Shown: one piece after another, positions 1-9,411 of the stretch
How the letters are laid out: every line of letters starts with the position of its first letter
How positions within the stretch are numbered: the stretch's first letter is position 1
NCBI GenBank assembly: GCA_041554155.1
Contig: JBFFMI010000001.1
Span: 1-62,622, forward strand
From: Anaerolineales bacterium
GTDB taxonomy: Bacteria; Chloroflexota; Anaerolineae; Anaerolineales; E44-bin32
Length of the DNA stretch: 62,622 nucleotides
Reading direction: 5' to 3'
Made by a program: the position numbers and the translations under genes
Notes under the pieces: model-generated
Seen by the model: the letters and a program-made list of their open reading frames with translations, nothing else
Database searches by the model: none
What the model was told of the DNA's origin: nothing

Positions 1-1
1 A

Positions 2-928
2 ACACTGGAGCCCAGTCCCACGAATGCACCTGTGATCCTCGGCGGCGCCCAGCGCATCGCATTTATCAGCGACCGCGAAGATGGCGTTACATTACAGATC
101 TGGACGATGAGCCCGGACGGTTCCGATGTTCGCCAACTGACCTTTGGTCCCGGTGATAAGTCCTATCCGCGTTGGTCACCCGATGGAACCAAACTGCTGT
201 ATAGCGCTCCTGGCGGCCGTGACGAGCTGGGCAACGATCTCGGTCTTGATGTCTTCGTGATGAACTTCGATCGCACCGGCGAGCCGTTCAACCTGACCCG
301 CAATATCGGCGATGACAGCCAGGCAAACTGGTCTCCCGATGGAAGCCAGATCGCTTTTACCAGCACGCGTGTGAACGATTTACAACAGGTATTCGTGATG
401 CCAATCGATTGTCAACCTGAGCCCGAAGCCTGCCAGACAACTGGCCCGGCGCGCAACCTCACTGCAGGATTTGCAGTCGAGTATGCCCCTGCCTGGTCAC
501 CCAATGGCGGCACCCTCGCCGTGATCGCCTCTATCAACCAGGCTCCGGGAAGGATATACACCCGCCCGGCAGAAGGTGGTGACCCCACGATTTTTGACCT
601 TCAGGATCGCATCATCGGGGCGGATCATCTAACTTGGTCCAGCGATAGCCGTTTCCTTGTATTCAGTTGGACCGTAAAACGTGGCAAGCAGGAGATCTAT
701 ATCGCCGATCTGCAAAATCGCGGGCTGGATCCAATCGCCCTCACCCTAAGTTTGGGAAATAAAGAGCCCACCTTCTCACCGGATGGGCAATGGCTCGCCT
801 TCACATCTACTCGCGATCAGGATCCCGAGATCTACATTATGACGACCAATGGAACGGGTCAGAAAAACGTATCCAATAACCCGGGCAGGGATCTACAGCC
901 CGATTGGCAACCATTCGCTACCCCCTAA
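2..928 (+). CDS. TolB-like beta-propeller protein (PD40/WD40-like repeats), probably 5'-partial
   Basis: Repeated motifs of the (W/F)SPDG..(L/I)(A/V)(F/Y) type occur about 6 times, as in TolB-type propellers. The frame is open to the left window edge (TLEPSPTNAP linker precedes GTG at 32). Confidence 0.7.
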   Translation, partial: TLEPSPTNAPVILGGAQRIAFISDREDGVTLQIWTMSPDGSDVRQLTFGPGDKSYPRWSPDGTKLLYSAPGGRDELGNDLGLDVFVMNFDRTGEPFNLTRNIGDDSQANWSPDGSQIAFTSTRVNDLQQVFVMPIDCQPEPEACQTTGPARNLTAGFAVEYAPAWSPNGGTLAVIASINQAPGRIYTRPAEGGDPTIFDLQDRIIGADHLTWSSDSRFLVFSWTVKRGKQEIYIADLQNRGLDPIALTLSLGNKEPTFSPDGQWLAFTSTRDQDPEIYIMTTNGTGQKNVSNNPGRDLQPDWQPFATP

Positions 929-2115
929 ATAATGAACCCCCTTTGCATAGAAACCAGGATCACGTTGTGAAGCAAATTCTGGCGATTGATGTTGGAACCG
1001 GTACCCAAGATGTGTTCTTGCTCCGCCTTGGGTTGAGCCCCGAGAACGGTTACAAATTGATTATGCCCTCACCCACGATGCGCATCCGGCAGGACATTAT
1101 GAGGGCAACCAGCCGCGGCGAGGCTGTGCTGCTCACCGGCGTGACCATGGGGGGCGGCCCCTCACAGTGGGCGGCCGAGAACCATCACGCTGCCGGTCTG
1201 CCACTCTATGCTACCCCTGAGGCAGCACAAACATTTAATGACGACCTCAACTGGGTGAAGTCGGAGATGGGCGTGGAGATCGTTTCGGAAGATGAGGCCG
1301 CAGCCTTAACAAATTGCACCCGAGTCCACATGCAGGATCTTGACCTCCCCGCACTTCACTCGGCATTTGAAGCCTTTGGCGTCAAGCTTGAACCTGCCCT
1401 TGCTGCTCTTGCCGTCTTTGACCATGGAGCTGCGCCACCCGAGGTTTCAGACCGGAAATTCCGTTTTGATCTTATCGAACGCCAAGTCCGAGCATCGAAG
1501 CTACTGACAACCTTCGCCTTCAAGGCTGAGGATATCCCACCTGCGTTTACCCGCATGCGCGCTATTGGAGCGTCAGCCCAGGAACTGGATTGTCCTGTGG
1601 TGCTCATGGACACAGCGCCCGCCGCTGTATTGGGGGCCACGCTTGACCCCATCGTTGACGCGCTCGATAACAAGTTGATCGCCAATGTAGGGAACTACCA
1701 CACGCTTGCGTTCCGCCTTGGCCGCGACGGTATTGAAGGTCTCTTCGAGCACCATACGGGCATGCTCAACCAAGCTTCCCTGGAACGGTTGCTCACCGAT
1801 CTTGCCGCAGGCACAATTTCTGGGGAAGAGGTCTTTCAAGACAAGGGGCATGGCGCCTTGATGTTGGATCGGGCCCGGATGAAATTGCCCTCAGACACAA
1901 CGGGTGTTATTGTCACAGGACCAAGGCGGGCGTTGATGATGGGCTCAAAGTTGAATCCTTTCTTCGCGGTTCCTCTTGGAGATATGATGCTATCAGGTTG
2001 TTTTGGATTGTTGATCGCGGCAGCGGAGAAGCACCCGGAATGGGGCATGCAAATCCAGCAGACCCTTTCGGGGCAGGATGCGCACATTGCACCCTGGGAC
2101 GTGGACTCACCCTGA
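904..2115 (+). CDS. ASKHA-fold protein, DUF1786-like
   Basis: N-terminal ILAIDVGTGTQDVFLL phosphate-1-like motif. The start is uncertain: ATG 904 overlaps the upstream gene by 25 nt, and GTG 967 is the alternative. Confidence 0.45.
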   Translation: MATIRYPLNNEPPLHRNQDHVVKQILAIDVGTGTQDVFLLRLGLSPENGYKLIMPSPTMRIRQDIMRATSRGEAVLLTGVTMGGGPSQWAAENHHAAGLPLYATPEAAQTFNDDLNWVKSEMGVEIVSEDEAAALTNCTRVHMQDLDLPALHSAFEAFGVKLEPALAALAVFDHGAAPPEVSDRKFRFDLIERQVRASKLLTTFAFKAEDIPPAFTRMRAIGASAQELDCPVVLMDTAPAAVLGATLDPIVDALDNKLIANVGNYHTLAFRLGRDGIEGLFEHHTGMLNQASLERLLTDLAAGTISGEEVFQDKGHGALMLDRARMKLPSDTTGVIVTGPRRALMMGSKLNPFFAVPLGDMMLSGCFGLLIAAAEKHPEWGMQIQQTLSGQDAHIAPWDVDSP

Positions 2116-2206
2116 TTTGCGGTAAAGCGCTGTCACAATTCTTGATCCAACTCGTTATGAGACTAGAACCAAGCGAAGACGAATAATCATCTGGAGGAAA
2201 AGGACA

Positions 2207-3601
2207 ATGGTTTACAAATCAAAATTCCACTTCTTGCTCGCCATTATCGCGCTGATCCTGGCCTTGCTGGCCTGCGGCTTGCCAGGTTCGAATCAGGTAG
2301 AGGTAGATGAAGCAGTCCAGGGCACGCTTGCGGCGATGGATAGCGGATCTACCGGCGATGAAATTTCGGATGCCGCTCCAGATGCTTCGGAAGCGCAGGA
2401 TGCGCCACCGGCCACTGAAGAACCGCCAGCGGAGCCCCCAACGCCAACACCGACCGTTGAACATGTAGTGATCCCATCCAGCCCCGCTGCCGTACAGAGC
2501 TTCATGACCGATCGCTCGACGGCAGCGCTCGCCGGTGAAAGGCGCGCCATCGGGGACAATTTCGACATCAACCTTTTGGAGCGTCCGTTCACGGCTGAAA
2601 CAATGGACTACAAGGACTACCTCGACATCACCCGCGCTGAGATGAGCCTTAACCCACCCTTCATGTATGTGACGATCTACCTGGAAGGTGCTGCGCCCAC
2701 GGATAGCACGGCATCCTATGGTGTTGAGCTTGACCTGGATGTCGACGGCCATGGCGATTGGCTGGTTATGGCAATGATCCCACCCGACAGCACCTGGACC
2801 ACAGATGGCGTTCGAGCTTGTCGCGATGCAAACGGCGATGTGGGCGGTCCTACCCCGATGCGCACCGATCCACCTCACGCTTCGCGTGATGGCTATGAAG
2901 ATTGCGTCTTCGATAGCGGCTACGGGGTAGGCCCGGATGAAGCCTGGATCCGCCGCGATCCCAGCCATGCCGATCGTGTGCAAATCGCCTTCCTCTTTAC
3001 CTTGATCGGTTCGGATGGGCAATTTATGTGGGGCGCCTGGAGCGATGACGAACTTCAAGAACCGGCTTGGTTCGATTATCACGACCACTTCACGTTGGTC
3101 GAGGCCGGTTCCCCCGCCTCTGAGAGCAGCAACTATCCCTTAAAAGCTATGGCCTTGCTCGACAACAGCTGCCGCTGGGGGTATGGATTTACACCTACAG
3201 GGACTGAGATCGGCGTTTGCTATGTGCCACCAACACCGACACCGGTTCCTCAGGGATCTATCAGTGGATATGTTTCTGAGGGATATGGAGGACCAGGACC
3301 CTCAAGCACTCGAATCTCGGGTGTGACCATCAGTCTTGGACAGGGATCCTGCACGGCAAGTGGATATAAAACTACCACCACAAATGGAGAGGGCTATTTC
3401 AGCTTCAATCAGCTTCCCGCTGGAACTTACTGTGTAACTGCGATCAGCAGTTCACTTCCACCTGCAACTTATGGTTGGTCCGTATACTATCCCGGTGGAT
3501 TTGGTGGATCTCCTATACCGAATCCTTATCAGGAGGTAATCCTCTTACCCAATGGCAATGTATCTGGACGAAATTTTGTCTTCGGACGAAACATCGGATA
3601 A
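2207..3601 (+). CDS. Secreted lipoprotein with acidic/Pro-rich linker and C-terminal Cna-B / carboxypeptidase-regulatory-like domain
   Basis: GGAGGA SD lies upstream. Signal peptide with lipobox LLACG. PTPTP linkers. The C-terminus reads GYFSFNQLPAGTYCVTA. Confidence 0.5.
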   Translation: MVYKSKFHFLLAIIALILALLACGLPGSNQVEVDEAVQGTLAAMDSGSTGDEISDAAPDASEAQDAPPATEEPPAEPPTPTPTVEHVVIPSSPAAVQSFMTDRSTAALAGERRAIGDNFDINLLERPFTAETMDYKDYLDITRAEMSLNPPFMYVTIYLEGAAPTDSTASYGVELDLDVDGHGDWLVMAMIPPDSTWTTDGVRACRDANGDVGGPTPMRTDPPHASRDGYEDCVFDSGYGVGPDEAWIRRDPSHADRVQIAFLFTLIGSDGQFMWGAWSDDELQEPAWFDYHDHFTLVEAGSPASESSNYPLKAMALLDNSCRWGYGFTPTGTEIGVCYVPPTPTPVPQGSISGYVSEGYGGPGPSSTRISGVTISLGQGSCTASGYKTTTTNGEGYFSFNQLPAGTYCVTAISSSLPPATYGWSVYYPGGFGGSPIPNPYQEVILLPNGNVSGRNFVFGRNIG

Positions 3602-3627
3602 CTAGATCGTACTAACAAGAACGACAC

Positions 3628-3660
3628 AACCATCCCTCGCTTGAGGGATGGTTTTTCTTT
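3628..3660 (+). terminator. Rho-independent terminator
   Basis: AACCATCCCTC-GCTT-GAGGGATGGTT hairpin followed by a TTTTTCTTT run. Confidence 0.8.
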
Positions 3661-3678
3661 ACAAGTCAAGCAGACAAT

Positions 3679-6591
3679 TTAGTTTATAGCAAAGACAATA
3701 CTTTTCATCTCGGATTGATTGCCCGCCAGATCAACAGCCTGGACATTTAATGTATGACTCCCCGGCACAGACTCCCGCCATCGTGTTGAGTAAGGCGGGG
3801 AATCAAGGGCCTCAATCAATACGTCGTCAATGTAAAAGGCGACTTCGGCCACGCCGTAGGCATCATCGACGGCTACCTGTAAAACAATTTCCTCCCCTGC
3901 AGTGGTGAATGCCTGCCCCTCTAAAGGCAAAATGATCTCAACCTCGGGTGGTTGGTTATCAATCGTGAGGTTCACCGCCGAACTGAACAGTTGGCCATCT
4001 TCATCCACCACAATCAACTGTAAGGTATAGAGTCCATCAAGTTCGGATGTATCCCAGAGACCAAGGCGCCCAGACGTCACCGGTGTATCTCTTCCTTCGC
4101 CGATTTGCACCCACTGGGTCGGATTGAGCCCTTCGCCATATCGGAGGCGATAGTAGGAGAATTCTTGGATCGTAGCTTGGCCACGGATCGAGATTTCACC
4201 GCGCACAAAGTCAAACGCTTCAGGTGATTGGATCTTTACCCCCGGGACATCCAGCACCTCGCCGGTTAAGGTGTCATACTCACTCGGCGGAAGCTCAAGG
4301 CCTACTGCGCTAGCCCAGGCCAACGCTTCCGGGGGTGGAACCAGGTAAACACGTTCCTCAACTTGATCAATCGGTGTGAAGAGCGTCGCCAGCTTGCCGG
4401 TTTCAAGGTTGACTTGAAAGGGCTGGTAGAGGTTGTCAAAAGTATGCGGCTCGGTGCCTGCCGAAAACACCTCATTCACGACCTCTGGGCAATAAACCGT
4501 CGGCAACAAACCGGATGGGTCACAGACATCCATCACATTGACACCGGGTGGAGCAGACCAATCTTGGGCAGGCATTTCTCGGATCACATATTGCATGATG
4601 GCATGCCACACTGCGCCGGCGCTGTTTGACACTGTTAGCGCCTGTGGTTGGAGCTCTGCCAGGTTCCCCATCCATACACCAACAACAACCGCTGGCGTAT
4701 AGCCGACGGTCCAGGCAATGTCCCCATCGGTACTGATCCCGGCGATCGCTGCCGTAGGCCGTCCAATTTCCAACACATTCCCGGTGCCATATAACGGCCA
4801 CCGGGCTGGTTCATCTCGCAAAATGTCATTGATCAAGTATGCCAATTGTGGGCTAACGACTGCGCTCGTCTCAGCCCGGTAACGATATATTAATCTGCGA
4901 TTCCCATCTTCGACCTCGAACAAGATCTCTGGTTGGAGATCCACACCGTTCAAGTTAGCGCTTTGATCTTGAACTCTTGCCCCCACCTTCTGACCCTGGA
5001 AGGCCAGTACCCCATATGCCGCCGTGAGATCAAACAGACTGGTTCGCCACCGATCCTCTCCTGTTTCTGGCTCAAGCTGTATCAATGGCGTACTAAGCCC
5101 CAGGCTTCGACCGATCCGCACAACACTTTCCACGCCCACGATTTTCATGGTTTGTTCGGCTGCGTGGTTGTACAGATTTACCAGCGCCGTTCTGATGCGC
5201 ACGGGTCCATGGGCATCTTGCAGGCTCGCCTCTATCCCTTCGACCGCTGTGGAGGAGTCTCCAAGCGGCAGATCCATGATCATCGAGCCCGGGCTATAAC
5301 CCTTGGAGAAAGCTGTGAGATAGATCAGCGGCGATAGGATAGTATCAGCTCCGGCTGCAATATCGACCTGACCTGCGAGCGCCAATATTTCTCCCGATTG
5401 AGGGTCGAGGACAACGAACGCCCCGCTCCGGGTATTATGCTGGACCCCTTGATCGCGTGGTCGTAGGGGCGGCAACAGGCTGGCAGCAAGGCATGGAGCC
5501 CCTACGGTGGTTGGAACAGTTTCATTCCCAACACCGCCATCCAAACGTTCTAATTGGGTCGCTAAGACACACTCGGCCTGCTGTTGCATTTCTGCATCAA
5601 TCGTTGTGTAGACCACCAGCCCATTTCGATTTAGGGCTTGTTTTCCAAGCCGGTCCCTTAGCCAACGGGCCAAGATTTCTTCCAGGGGTAATCGATCCTG
5701 GCTTACCTTTGACGCGATAAGTACACTTTCCTGCTTGGCCTGTCTTGCCTGACTACGTGTAATCCACCCTTGATCCACCATCGTATCGAGAACTCTTTCC
5801 TGACGCTCTCTGTTTTCTTCAAGCGCGGAGAAAGGGTTGATCGATGGTTGCAGTGCGATAGGCGCCAGCAATGCGCTCTCAGCCAGGCTGAGCTCACTGG
5901 CGTGCTTGCCCAGATATACCAAGGCGGCAGCATCCAGCCCGTAGCTATCGTGGCCAAAATCTGTGCTATTCAGGAACCACTCGAGAATCTGAAACTTCGA
6001 ATAGGTGCGGCTCAGTTCCTGCCCTAAAAGTTGACGGCGGGCTTGAGCGACATTTTCAGGTACATTTTGCATACCCAGTGGGAGCAACTGTGAATCTGTG
6101 AGTGAGTGTGCAATGTTGGCGGTTAACGATGCGCCTGGCCCGCCCACCCAGGCGTTGAAAAAATCTCGGACGATCTCAATAATCGTCGGTGGAGCTTCTG
6201 ATAAATAATCGGGTTCAACGGCAGCAAGGATCGCTCTCAAGGTATGCTCTTGTATATCAATCAGACCATCTTCTTTGACATACAACCAGCGCGCACCTTT
6301 TGCCGCTGGGTTCAAAGCTTCATAAAGCAAGATTTCGCCCTCACGATCGAAGAATCGTACGGGCGTAAAAGCCTCACGGCCGAGGATTCCAAAATGATCC
6401 CCCAGGCTGGTCACTGAAGGCAGATCGGCCGTTACCCGTATGACGAAGCTGGCAACAACCAATACGCCACCAAGCAGGAGCAAACTCAGGCTCCCCAGGA
6501 TGGCGCGCAAGATCAGACCCGGGGCCGGATTCTTTTTCCCTTGCTTCGATCGTTTCTGGCGAAGCCGTAGGATCTCAACTACCTGTGGCAT
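3679..6591 (-). CDS. Class A penicillin-binding-protein homolog (GT51 + transpeptidase folds) with C-terminal Ig-like repeats; catalytic motifs look degenerate
   Basis: N-terminal TM anchor. YSKFQILEWFLNSTDFGHDSYGLDAAALVYLGK matches the GT51 core. The transpeptidase-like middle region and the tail are beta-rich. See findings for the motif losses. Confidence 0.7.
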   Translation of the reverse strand: MPQVVEILRLRQKRSKQGKKNPAPGLILRAILGSLSLLLLGGVLVVASFVIRVTADLPSVTSLGDHFGILGREAFTPVRFFDREGEILLYEALNPAAKGARWLYVKEDGLIDIQEHTLRAILAAVEPDYLSEAPPTIIEIVRDFFNAWVGGPGASLTANIAHSLTDSQLLPLGMQNVPENVAQARRQLLGQELSRTYSKFQILEWFLNSTDFGHDSYGLDAAALVYLGKHASELSLAESALLAPIALQPSINPFSALEENRERQERVLDTMVDQGWITRSQARQAKQESVLIASKVSQDRLPLEEILARWLRDRLGKQALNRNGLVVYTTIDAEMQQQAECVLATQLERLDGGVGNETVPTTVGAPCLAASLLPPLRPRDQGVQHNTRSGAFVVLDPQSGEILALAGQVDIAAGADTILSPLIYLTAFSKGYSPGSMIMDLPLGDSSTAVEGIEASLQDAHGPVRIRTALVNLYNHAAEQTMKIVGVESVVRIGRSLGLSTPLIQLEPETGEDRWRTSLFDLTAAYGVLAFQGQKVGARVQDQSANLNGVDLQPEILFEVEDGNRRLIYRYRAETSAVVSPQLAYLINDILRDEPARWPLYGTGNVLEIGRPTAAIAGISTDGDIAWTVGYTPAVVVGVWMGNLAELQPQALTVSNSAGAVWHAIMQYVIREMPAQDWSAPPGVNVMDVCDPSGLLPTVYCPEVVNEVFSAGTEPHTFDNLYQPFQVNLETGKLATLFTPIDQVEERVYLVPPPEALAWASAVGLELPPSEYDTLTGEVLDVPGVKIQSPEAFDFVRGEISIRGQATIQEFSYYRLRYGEGLNPTQWVQIGEGRDTPVTSGRLGLWDTSELDGLYTLQLIVVDEDGQLFSSAVNLTIDNQPPEVEIILPLEGQAFTTAGEEIVLQVAVDDAYGVAEVAFYIDDVLIEALDSPPYSTRWRESVPGSHTLNVQAVDLAGNQSEMKSIVFAIN

Positions 6592-6720
6592 AATCGAATT
6601 CTACCCGCGATGACAAAATCTACCTCGATTTCTGCAAGAGCTATGCCGTGAAGCTTAATCACGCAAGCAGCATCCATTGAGCCTTGCAAATACGAGAGCG
6701 CTTGTCTCTTGCAAGAGAGT

Positions 6721-7542
6721 ATGAATCAACTCGATATGATCCACGACTATCACATTCACACATCGTTTTCATGCGACTGCGAGGTCAGTATGGCAACGAT
6801 GTGCGAATCCGCCCTGCAATCAGGGATCACTGAAATCGGGATTAGCGACCATTATGATTTGCATCCCAACGAACCTTTCCCTGATTACCTGAACCTCGAA
6901 GCCTGGTGGCGAGATTTCAATGCCTGCAAGGTGGCATATGCCGGTAGGCTGACCTTACGCGCCGGTGTTGAGGTTGGCGAACCGCATCGCTTCGCGCATC
7001 AAGTCACCCGGCTTCTTCGTGACTATCCATGGGACTTCATCCTCGGTTCTCTCCACTGGGTTGGTGAGACCTGTGTATTTGATCAGGCTTTCTTTCAATC
7101 CAATGAACGCAGTGCATATATGGCCTATTTCAGGGAACTTGAAATGCTGGTCGAGGGGGGCGAGTTTGATATCCTGGCACACTTCGACGTTGTCAAGCGT
7201 TATGGTTTCGAACAGTACGGCCCCTTCCAACCCGAGAGATACGAGTCAATCATTCGCCGCATCCTTAATAAACTTGCTCGTCGTGGTGGCGCCCTCGAGA
7301 TCAACACGGCGACCCTACGGCGCTCAATCCAGCAGCCTTCCCCGGACGATTTGATCCTGCACTGGTTCTTCGAAGAGGGCGGCCGCTATATTACACTGGG
7401 GTCAGATGCCCACGAACAGCACGATATTGGCTTCGGCCTGGCAGCGATGATGGCGATGGTTCGGACTTCCGGATTTGAAGGTCTGGCACGATTCAAGCAT
7501 CGTGAGATATCACTCATGGCTTTCGATGGCCACGGGATTTGA
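6721..7542 (+). CDS. HisJ-family PHP-domain phosphatase (histidinol-phosphatase-like)
   Basis: DYHIHTSFSCD metal motif, plus ISDHYD, GSLH and LGSDAH motifs. The ORF track starts at TTG 6709; ATG 6721 is preferred. Confidence 0.7.
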   Translation: MNQLDMIHDYHIHTSFSCDCEVSMATMCESALQSGITEIGISDHYDLHPNEPFPDYLNLEAWWRDFNACKVAYAGRLTLRAGVEVGEPHRFAHQVTRLLRDYPWDFILGSLHWVGETCVFDQAFFQSNERSAYMAYFRELEMLVEGGEFDILAHFDVVKRYGFEQYGPFQPERYESIIRRILNKLARRGGALEINTATLRRSIQQPSPDDLILHWFFEEGGRYITLGSDAHEQHDIGFGLAAMMAMVRTSGFEGLARFKHREISLMAFDGHGI

Positions 7543-7546
7543 CGCC

Positions 7547-8323
7547 ATGCGATTTAATGATTCGACATTGACGGTATATTCGCTGCACCAGGTCGGGTAT
7601 GCAGATGCCCGAAAATTGCAGGAGCATTATGCACATGCTGTGGCTTCTAAAAAAGAGCAAGCGGTGTTGCTTCTGTTGGAACATCCCCATACGTACACTT
7701 TCGGCCGTCGAGGGGATTCAGAAAATCTGCTCTGGGACGAGACCGAGCTGGATGCTCGCGCGGTTGAGGTTCACTGGATCGACCGTGGTGGCGATGTTAC
7801 CTATCATGGCCCGGGCCAACTCGTCGGCTATCCCATCCTGCCCCTGGGACTCGTTGACCGTGAGGGTCATCTCCCACAAGCGGATTACGTGGGATATTTG
7901 CGCGATCTAGAAGCGGTCATCATCCGGGCGCTTGCCGGTCTAGGCCTGGTGAGTGGTCAGATCCCCGAACTAACCGGCGTTTGGGTTCAGCCCGATGTCG
8001 CCTCCCGCTGTAAACATTGTCCCCCGGCCGCAAAACTCCAGCCATCGAAAATTGCTTCTATTGGCGTTAAAGTGGATGCGCATGGCATCAGCCGCCATGG
8101 GTTTGCCTTGAATATCAACCCCGATATGTCGTTTTGGGACGGCATTATTGCCTGCGGCTTGATCGACCACCCGGCTATCTCGTTGGCAGATCTTCTCGAC
8201 CCCACACCTTCTCGGGAAGAGGTTGAAACTGCGATCATCGAAGCCTTTATCAGGGTGTTCGGATTCCATGCTATGGCTGCTAAGGCTTGTGATCCCGATA
8301 GCATCCTGATCCAGCACAGTTAG
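7547..8323 (+). CDS. lipB: Lipoyl(octanoyl) transferase
   Basis: HPHTYTFGRRG, RGGDVTYHGPGQLVGYPIL and KIASIGVKV motifs. ATG 7547 lies 4 nt after the upstream stop. Confidence 0.85.
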   Translation: MRFNDSTLTVYSLHQVGYADARKLQEHYAHAVASKKEQAVLLLLEHPHTYTFGRRGDSENLLWDETELDARAVEVHWIDRGGDVTYHGPGQLVGYPILPLGLVDREGHLPQADYVGYLRDLEAVIIRALAGLGLVSGQIPELTGVWVQPDVASRCKHCPPAAKLQPSKIASIGVKVDAHGISRHGFALNINPDMSFWDGIIACGLIDHPAISLADLLDPTPSREEVETAIIEAFIRVFGFHAMAAKACDPDSILIQHS

Positions 8324-8366
8324 CGTGAAGCTGGTGTGGATTGAGCAGCGGTGGAGGTAGAAACAG

Positions 8367-9359
8367 ATGAAAACCATTCTGAGCGTCGACGGTGGCGGTA
8401 TACGCGGGATAATCCCGCTCGCCTGCCTGGTAGAACTTGAGAAGAAGGAAGGCCAACCCGCAAGCGCGCTATTCGATATGGTGGCCGGCACCTCAACGGG
8501 CTCGATCATCGCCGGCGGCATTGCACTCGATTTGAGCGCACGCGGTCTTCTGGCCCTATACCGCGATCTTGCACGCAAGGCTTTCAAGAAACTACCCTGG
8601 TGGCAGGTTCTTTTCAATTTGGGCAACCATCGCTATAGCAATGCATTTATTGCGCAACTGCTTCAAGAAATCGGTGCCGATCGTCAAATCAACGAACTCA
8701 CAAAGGACATCATGATCACGGCCAAGAACATCGAAAGCAGTCGCACAGATTTCTTTGTTCGTGATGGCCCTGGTAACGCCAGCAGCTGGGGGACAATAAG
8801 CTTGAAAGATGCCATCCTGGCCAGCATAGCTGCTCCCACGTATTTTCCAGCCCATCAGGCTGAGGTTAGGGGCGTAAACCACACCTGGGTTGACGGGGGA
8901 GTGGGCGTCGCCGGAAACCCTTCGTACCATGCCGCCGTCGAAGCCTTGCATTACAGCGCCGGGCGCTACAAGCCTGGTGACACTAGGCTGCTCTCGTTTG
9001 GCACTGGATCCAGACCCCATCGCATCAACGCAGCAAAAGCCAATATCCTCCAATGGGGTCTCTGGTCGCTCTCGGAATCATTAGAGGACGCTAACGAATG
9101 GCAAACGTTTGTCACCCGTCAGGAGTATGACCTGAGTGGTCGAATCGATTTTCGCCGCTACCAAATTGACCTGGCTGAAGACGTCATCATAGATCTCGGA
9201 CTCAGCGTACCGAGCGGGCGAGCCCTGGATGACCTCAATATGGACGCGGTATGGGCAGTTGAGTTCCTGGAAGCCATTGGTCGAGCATTTGCCGATCGCA
9301 TTGACTTCGATCAACCTGGCGGTTTTGTGCTTGAATCAAACCTGGATAGGGTCTCGTAG
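8367..9359 (+). CDS. Patatin-like phospholipase
   Basis: DGGGIRG oxyanion motif, GTSTG (GxSxG) nucleophile and DGG catalytic Asp motif. GGAGG SD upstream. Confidence 0.85.
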   Translation: MKTILSVDGGGIRGIIPLACLVELEKKEGQPASALFDMVAGTSTGSIIAGGIALDLSARGLLALYRDLARKAFKKLPWWQVLFNLGNHRYSNAFIAQLLQEIGADRQINELTKDIMITAKNIESSRTDFFVRDGPGNASSWGTISLKDAILASIAAPTYFPAHQAEVRGVNHTWVDGGVGVAGNPSYHAAVEALHYSAGRYKPGDTRLLSFGTGSRPHRINAAKANILQWGLWSLSESLEDANEWQTFVTRQEYDLSGRIDFRRYQIDLAEDVIIDLGLSVPSGRALDDLNMDAVWAVEFLEAIGRAFADRIDFDQPGGFVLESNLDRVS

Positions 9360-9411
9360 AGCAAATCAAGAACCCGGGTCCAAATTCTCATGTTAAGCTA
9401 TCGGGATTAGG

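Noticed and set aside
2285-2294. GGTTCGAATC, a tRNA T-loop-like string.
   Set aside because: It is inside a CDS, with no acceptor or anticodon stems around it. I saw no tRNA-like cloverleaf in any intergenic gap.
2219-3088. Long antisense ORFs: 2219-3088, 7970-8626, 22592-23107, 35766-36344, 32992-33780 and others in the track.
   Set aside because: They lie opposite well-supported genes in GC-rich DNA. They have no recognisable domains and Arg/Ser/Gly-biased composition typical of spurious frames.
8367-9359. The patatin-like phospholipase as a possible defence effector (CBASS CapV-like).
   Set aside because: No cyclase, sensor or other defence gene is adjacent. It is flanked by lipB and an aldo/keto reductase, so it looks like a stand-alone housekeeping lipase.
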